A DNA stretch of 64,000 bases. Origin: Acidobacteriota bacterium. GTDB taxonomy: Bacteria > Acidobacteriota > UBA890 > WLXD01. The notes beneath the pieces were generated by a model that ran no database searches, had not been told where the DNA came from, and saw only the letters and a program-made list of their open reading frames with translations. This document shows positions 59,247 through 64,000 of the stretch, piece after piece (position 1 is the stretch's first letter; every line of letters starts with the position of its first letter). Made by a program: the position numbers and the translations under genes. Location: assembly GCA_965205505.1 (NCBI GenBank), contig CBDBHB010000008.1, forward strand, positions 32,001-96,000, read 5' to 3'.

Positions 59247-60347
59247 ATGGGGCGCGTCGCCATAGCGATGAGCGGAGGCGTAGATTCGAGTGCCGCCGCA
59301 GCCATCCTGCGCCAGGAGGGGCACGTCGTCGTCGGTCTCACGCTACAGCTGTGGGACTACGGCGACATCAACAGCGCGCGTGGACTCGGGCGGTGTTGTT
59401 CCCCGGCCGACATCGCCGATGCTCGGGCAGTGGCTGCGCAGCTCGACTTCCCCCACTACGTTTTCGATCATACTGCCGCATTCCGGGCGGAGATCGTCGA
59501 GCCGTTCCTCGACGCCTATGCCGCCGGCGAGACTCCGAGCCCGTGTATCCGATGCAACCGGAGGGTGAAGTTCGGATTGCTCCGGCGACTGGCGCGGAGC
59601 CTGGGCGCCGACTCGCTGGCGACGGGCCATTACGCCCGCCTCGGCGAGCGGGCCGGCCGGCCCCTGCTCCGCAAGGGGGTCGATGCCGATAAGGACCAGT
59701 CGTACTTCCTCTTCGACGTGCCGGCGGAGCAGCTTCGCCACGTCCGTTTCCCCATTGGACACCTCAGCAAGGACGAGGTCCGCGACGAAGCCCGACGATT
59801 GCATCTACACGTCGCTGACAAGCCTGAGAGCTACGAGCTTTGCTTTATTCCTGACGGCGACAAGAACGCGTTCATCGAGCGCCACCGACCGCAGAGCTCG
59901 GAAAGGCCCATCGCCCTACGCCACGCCGACGGCCATCCGCTCGGGCAGACCAACGGCCTGCATCGCTTTACGATCGGCCAGCGGCGAGGGCTAGGCATCG
60001 CCGCGAGCGACCGGCTGTACGTGCTCGACATCGATGCCCACGCTGCTAGCGTTACCGTCGGTCCACGCCAAGGCCTTGAGAGCTCTACCTTGCTCGCTGA
60101 ACGCTGCAACTGGCTGGCGATTGACGCTCCGGAATCTCCGCTGAGGGTCAGCGCACGCATCCGTCACCGACATCGCGAAGCCGAGGCCGTCGTCACCCCG
60201 ATGCGAGGAGGCCGCTACCAGGTTGCGTTCAGAGAGCCTCAGCATGCGGTTGCCCCCGGGCAGGGCGTGGCATTCTACGATGGCGACGTGCTGCTCGGCG
60301 GCGGTTGGATCACCCGCCAGCAAGCCAACGGGGCCGTCACCGAATGA
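59247..60347 (+). CDS. mnmA: tRNA 2-thiouridylase MnmA
   Basis: AMSGGVDSS, PCIRCN..VKF, ATGHY, KDQSYFL, TIGQRRGL, PGQ. Confidence 0.95.
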   Translation: MGRVAIAMSGGVDSSAAAAILRQEGHVVVGLTLQLWDYGDINSARGLGRCCSPADIADARAVAAQLDFPHYVFDHTAAFRAEIVEPFLDAYAAGETPSPCIRCNRRVKFGLLRRLARSLGADSLATGHYARLGERAGRPLLRKGVDADKDQSYFLFDVPAEQLRHVRFPIGHLSKDEVRDEARRLHLHVADKPESYELCFIPDGDKNAFIERHRPQSSERPIALRHADGHPLGQTNGLHRFTIGQRRGLGIAASDRLYVLDIDAHAASVTVGPRQGLESSTLLAERCNWLAIDAPESPLRVSARIRHRHREAEAVVTPMRGGRYQVAFREPQHAVAPGQGVAFYDGDVLLGGGWITRQQANGAVTE

Positions 60348-60367
60348 TGGGCGGTGCGGAGAAGTAG

Positions 60368-61123
60368 CTATTCAGCCACCTCGCGCGACTGCTTCAAAAG
60401 CGGCTCCAGCAGCATCCGCGCCGCCACTTGCTCGGCGCGCTTCTTGGTACTGCCTTGGCCTACGGCCCGCTGATCGTCGCCAGCAGTCACCTGGACGCGG
60501 AACGTCTTCGCGTGATCGGGGCCCGCCTCATCGACAACCTCATACGAGGGCAGCGGTAGGCCGGCAGCCTGCACATGCTCTTGGAGCGCCGACTTGAAGT
60601 CACGAATAGGGGCTGAGTGATCAGCGGCCGGGCTGATAAGCGGTTCGACCCGCGCGAGGATGAACTCGCTAGCGCAATCGAGTCCGCCGTCCAGGTAAAG
60701 CGCAGCGATCAGCGCTTCGAACGTATTCGCCAGGATCGAGCTCTTGGTGCGACCCGCGGTCTTCTCTTCGCCGCGGCCCAGGAAAACGCACTGCCCCAGC
60801 CAGAGATCATCCGCAAGCTTGGCGAGCGTCTCCGCCGATACCAGGAACGACTTGAGCTTCGACATCTGTCCTTCGTTGAGCGACGGATGTCGACGACACA
60901 GGAGGTCGCTGACGATCAGACCCAACACCGCGTCGCCAAGGAACTCGAGGACCTCGTTGTCCTCCGCACCGCTGCCCCGTTCGTTGGCATACGAGCGGTG
61001 TGTCAGTGCGCGAACCAGCAGCGCACGGTCGTCGAAGCTGTAGCCGACCCGCTGCTCTAGGGGAGCGAGCGCGCCGCCGTCAGGCTCGGACTGCGAATCA
61101 CCGATCCTGCGATCAGTTTGCAC
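60368..61123 (-). CDS. rnc: Ribonuclease III
   Basis: ALTHRS, NEVLEFLGDAVL, FEALIAALYLD, dsRBD; start chosen at GTG 61123. Confidence 0.95.
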   Translation of the reverse strand: MQTDRRIGDSQSEPDGGALAPLEQRVGYSFDDRALLVRALTHRSYANERGSGAEDNEVLEFLGDAVLGLIVSDLLCRRHPSLNEGQMSKLKSFLVSAETLAKLADDLWLGQCVFLGRGEEKTAGRTKSSILANTFEALIAALYLDGGLDCASEFILARVEPLISPAADHSAPIRDFKSALQEHVQAAGLPLPSYEVVDEAGPDHAKTFRVQVTAGDDQRAVGQGSTKKRAEQVAARMLLEPLLKQSREVAE

Positions 61124-61820
61124 CTGTCGGCAACTCCATCGACGCGCGAATCGCGACCGCCGCCGCCACCGGGTCGTCGGCCTGCAGAATTGGGCGCCCG
61201 ACAACCAGATAGTCGGCCCCGGCTACCACCGCCGCCGACGGGGTGGCCACGCGGACCTGGTCGTGCGCATCAGCGCCGGCCGGGCGAATCCCCGGCGTAA
61301 CGAGAAGAAACTCCGGCCCCCACCGGGCGCGGATTGCAGCAGCTTCTCGAACCGAGGTTACCACACCGTCACAGCCGCTATCGTGGGCCAGCTGGCAGCG
61401 TCGTTCGACTACCGAGGCCGGGGCGTCGTGGACGCCGACGGTCGGCAGATCCTCGGCCGAGAGGCTGGTGAGCAGGGTAACGCCCAGGAGTCGCGGGATG
61501 GGCTGATTCGAGCGCGCCGCCACCGCCGCTTCGAGCATCTTGCGCCCGCCACTGGTGTGCAGCGTAAACAACTCCACCTCGAGCTCAGCGGCGGACCGCA
61601 CGGCACCGGCAGCGGTCGCCGGAATGTCGCATATCTTGAGGTCGAGGAAGATCCCCCATCCCATCGACATGAGCTCACGCACCAGGCCTGGTCCCTGAGC
61701 GATAAACAGCTGAAGGCCGACCTTGAGGACGTCGGCGTGCCCTTGCAGTACTTCCGCAACCTGGAGGGCGCGTTCGGCGGTGGGTACATCGAGTGCGACG
61801 ATCAGTCGCGGCCGGCTCAA
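61113..61820 (-). CDS. pyrF: Orotidine-5'-phosphate decarboxylase
   Basis: IVALD, LKVG, FLDLK..DIP, VTPGIR, VVGRPI. Confidence 0.95.
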   Translation of the reverse strand: MSRPRLIVALDVPTAERALQVAEVLQGHADVLKVGLQLFIAQGPGLVRELMSMGWGIFLDLKICDIPATAAGAVRSAAELEVELFTLHTSGGRKMLEAAVAARSNQPIPRLLGVTLLTSLSAEDLPTVGVHDAPASVVERRCQLAHDSGCDGVVTSVREAAAIRARWGPEFLLVTPGIRPAGADAHDQVRVATPSAAVVAGADYLVVGRPILQADDPVAAAVAIRASMELPTGAN

Positions 61821-62278
61821 TTCATTCGCTCAATACGCACTCGGGCGACTCCCTCGTCGACCATCACCAGCGCCCTCGCGGCGCCCAAAGACAAGTCCAG
61901 ATCTCGGCCCTTGATGAACGGTCCACGGTCGTTGATCTTCACCACGACAGAGCGCCGGTTGCCCGGGTGTGTGACTCGCAGTCGCGTCCCGAACGGCAGA
62001 GTTTTGTGCGCCGCCGTCAACGCGTGCATGTCGAAGACTTCGCCGCTCGACGTCTGGCGTCCATGGTACTTGTGTCCATACCAGGATGCGACCATTACCG
62101 AGACCTTCGATCCAGGTCGAGCTGCAGGACGAAGCTGCGCCGCGCAACCGCTTGCCGCCAGGAGCATCGCGCCAATAGCGATCGCCGCCGGCAGCCTGCT
62201 CAGCGCCCTTCGAGAGCTCTCACGGCTCGTCCAACTGTAGTGTCCCGATAACTTCGCGTACCGAGGGAATCTGTTCAT
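61817..62278 (-). CDS. rlpA: RlpA-like septal ring lytic transglycosylase lipoprotein
   Basis: Lipobox ASGC, ASWYG, TAAHKTLPFGT, INDRGPF; start uncertain. Confidence 0.88.
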   Translation of the reverse strand: MNRFPRYAKLSGHYSWTSRESSRRALSRLPAAIAIGAMLLAASGCAAQLRPAARPGSKVSVMVASWYGHKYHGRQTSSGEVFDMHALTAAHKTLPFGTRLRVTHPGNRRSVVVKINDRGPFIKGRDLDLSLGAARALVMVDEGVARVRIERMN

Positions 62279-63158
62279 CGCAACACCATCTCGCCAGCTC
62301 ATCGACCAAACGCTGTGACGCGGTCGGATCGTAAAAGTTCGCCGTGCCGATCTGAACTGCTGTTGCACCCACTATCAAGTACTGGAGCGCATGATCAAGC
62401 TCACATACGCCACCTATACCTATCAAAGGCAATGACGAGACAAGAGATACCTCGTAAAGTAAGTACAGGGCGATCGGAAATAGGACAGGACCAGAAAGCC
62501 CACCGTAAATCGTGGCCAGGAGCGGCCTGCGGCGTCCTACATCGACAGCCATCCCCCGGATGGTGTTGACCACCGAGAGCGCGTCGGCGCCGGCTTCCTC
62601 GGCAGCGCGAGCCATCACACCGATGTCCGTCACGCCGGGCGCAAGCTTCACCCAGAGGGGCTTTTCGGTGGCGGCACGGGCCGCCGCCGTGACCGCGTGG
62701 ATCTGCACGGGATCAGTGCCGAAGCTGATCCCGCCTTCCTTGATGTTCGGGCAAGAGACGTTGAGCTCGAGCGCATGTACTCCGTCGGCCGCGTCCATGC
62801 GGCGAGCGACGCCCACGTACTCCTCCACCGTCCTGCCCCAGACGTTGGCGATCACCTTGAGGTCGAACTGTCTGAGGAACGGAAGCTTGTCCCGCACAAA
62901 TGCGTCGGCTCCAACGTTTTGCAGGCCGATAGAGTTCAGCATGCCTCCCGGAACCTCGGTGATTCGCTGAGGCGTGTTGCCGCGCTCGGGTTCGAGCGAC
63001 AAGCCTTTGACCACGATGCCGCCGAGTCGGTTCAAATCGATGAGCTCAGCCATCTCCTCGCCGTACCCCACCGTTCCGGACGCCAGCAGCATCGGATTGC
63101 TCAGCTCGATGTCACCGACCTTCACCGCGAGATCGGGCTGCCCCTCAGGATCGCTCAT
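62220..63158 (-). CDS. pyrD: Dihydroorotate dehydrogenase 1B catalytic subunit
   Basis: MLNSIGLQN, ELNVSCPN, VKL.P, GGLSGP, VQIGTANF. Confidence 0.95.
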   Translation of the reverse strand: MSDPEGQPDLAVKVGDIELSNPMLLASGTVGYGEEMAELIDLNRLGGIVVKGLSLEPERGNTPQRITEVPGGMLNSIGLQNVGADAFVRDKLPFLRQFDLKVIANVWGRTVEEYVGVARRMDAADGVHALELNVSCPNIKEGGISFGTDPVQIHAVTAAARAATEKPLWVKLAPGVTDIGVMARAAEEAGADALSVVNTIRGMAVDVGRRRPLLATIYGGLSGPVLFPIALYLLYEVSLVSSLPLIGIGGVCELDHALQYLIVGATAVQIGTANFYDPTASQRLVDELARWCCDEQIPSVREVIGTLQLDEP

Positions 63159-63964
63159 CGCCAGCCCAAGGTGGCCGCGTCGAATACCGGACCCTCGCGA
63201 CAGATGCGCTGATAGATCCAAGCATCACCGCGATCGACTGGAACGACGCACGACAGACACACGCCGATTCCACAGGCCATCGGGGCTTCGAGGCTCACCT
63301 GGTGATCACACCCATGGCGAACGGCGAGCTCGTCGACCGCCCGCATCATCGGCGTTGGCCCGCAGGAGTAGATGCGGGGGCGGCCCGCCGCGCGTCGCAA
63401 GTGAGCCTCGAGTGCGCCAGTTACAAACCCGTGGTGCCCGGCCGACCCGTCGTCGGTGGCCAGGTGAACCGGAACGTCCAGCTCTGCAAAGTCGTCCAGG
63501 CACAGCAGGTCCTCTCGGCTTCGCCCTCCGACGAATGCCCGCACCCGTGCGCCGCGGCTTGTGAGTGTCTCCGCCAGCAGGGGAAAAGGCGCCGCGCCGA
63601 CCCCACCCATCACCAGTAGATCCTCCTCATCATCCAGCACGCCCGCCGCTGGCAGACGGAATGGGCAACCGAGTGGGCCGAGAACGTCCGCCTCGTCGCC
63701 GGCCTTGGCGCGCGCCATCAACGTCGTGCCGCGGCCAGTGCGCTCTACCAATAGCGTGAACCCCACAGCGGCACCCGCCTCACGAACGATCCGGTAGATC
63801 GCCATCGGCCGACGCAGCAAAGGATCGATTCCGTCACCGACCGAGATCATCACGAAGTGTCCCGGGAGGGAGGCAGCAGCGATGTCCGGACAGCGGTATT
63901 CGAGCACGAAACAACGGCGCGCGAGAGTGTGGGTTGACTCCAAGTCGAGCCGCCGTTCAAACAT
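63155..63964 (-). CDS. pyrK: Dihydroorotate dehydrogenase electron transfer subunit
   Basis: LRRP, GPLG, GGVGAAP, CGP..MM, MACGIGVCLSC...C.EGPVF. Confidence 0.92.
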   Translation of the reverse strand: MFERRLDLESTHTLARRCFVLEYRCPDIAAASLPGHFVMISVGDGIDPLLRRPMAIYRIVREAGAAVGFTLLVERTGRGTTLMARAKAGDEADVLGPLGCPFRLPAAGVLDDEEDLLVMGGVGAAPFPLLAETLTSRGARVRAFVGGRSREDLLCLDDFAELDVPVHLATDDGSAGHHGFVTGALEAHLRRAAGRPRIYSCGPTPMMRAVDELAVRHGCDHQVSLEAPMACGIGVCLSCVVPVDRGDAWIYQRICREGPVFDAATLGWR

Positions 63965-64000
63965 CGGCCGCAGGCTAGCATGGGGTCCGGCAAGCCGGCA

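Noticed and set aside
1-64000. CRISPR array, prophage or defence system
   Set aside because: No regularly spaced repeats, cas genes, phage structural genes or recognisable defence domains; the holin-family gene is the common chromosomal YvlD type

Overview
GC-rich bacterial chromosome segment. Taxonomy is inferred, not proven: an ADOP-type duplicated permease and a DUF6677 gene with its small partner suggest Acidobacteriota. The right half (about 37-64 kb) is mostly housekeeping: apt, surE, MerR/IHF, der, hbd/thiolase, miaA, ExbBD/TonB-like, ald, iscS-mnmA, rnc, pyrF/pyrD/pyrK, plus three of the window's four tRNAs. The left half is more accessory. It holds a complete IS3-family element that truncates a permease gene, a CpxRA-like two-component system, carbamate kinase, hflKC and several gene fragments. 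Best candidate for an undescribed system: a translationally coupled, exported three-gene unit (His-rich LVIVD beta-propeller, small Met/His-tailed protein, multicopper oxidase), with a second LVIVD paralog 9 kb away next to an ATP-grasp ligase. Other notable features are a family of structured MITE-like elements with covarying hairpins (one apparently supplies the exbD ribosome-binding site), a decayed islet integrated at tRNA-Pro(GGG), a PilZ fusion behind phased AT-rich repeats, and an AT-rich patch inside pyrD. Several frameshifts may be sequencing errors. All calls come from motif recognition by eye; no database search was run.
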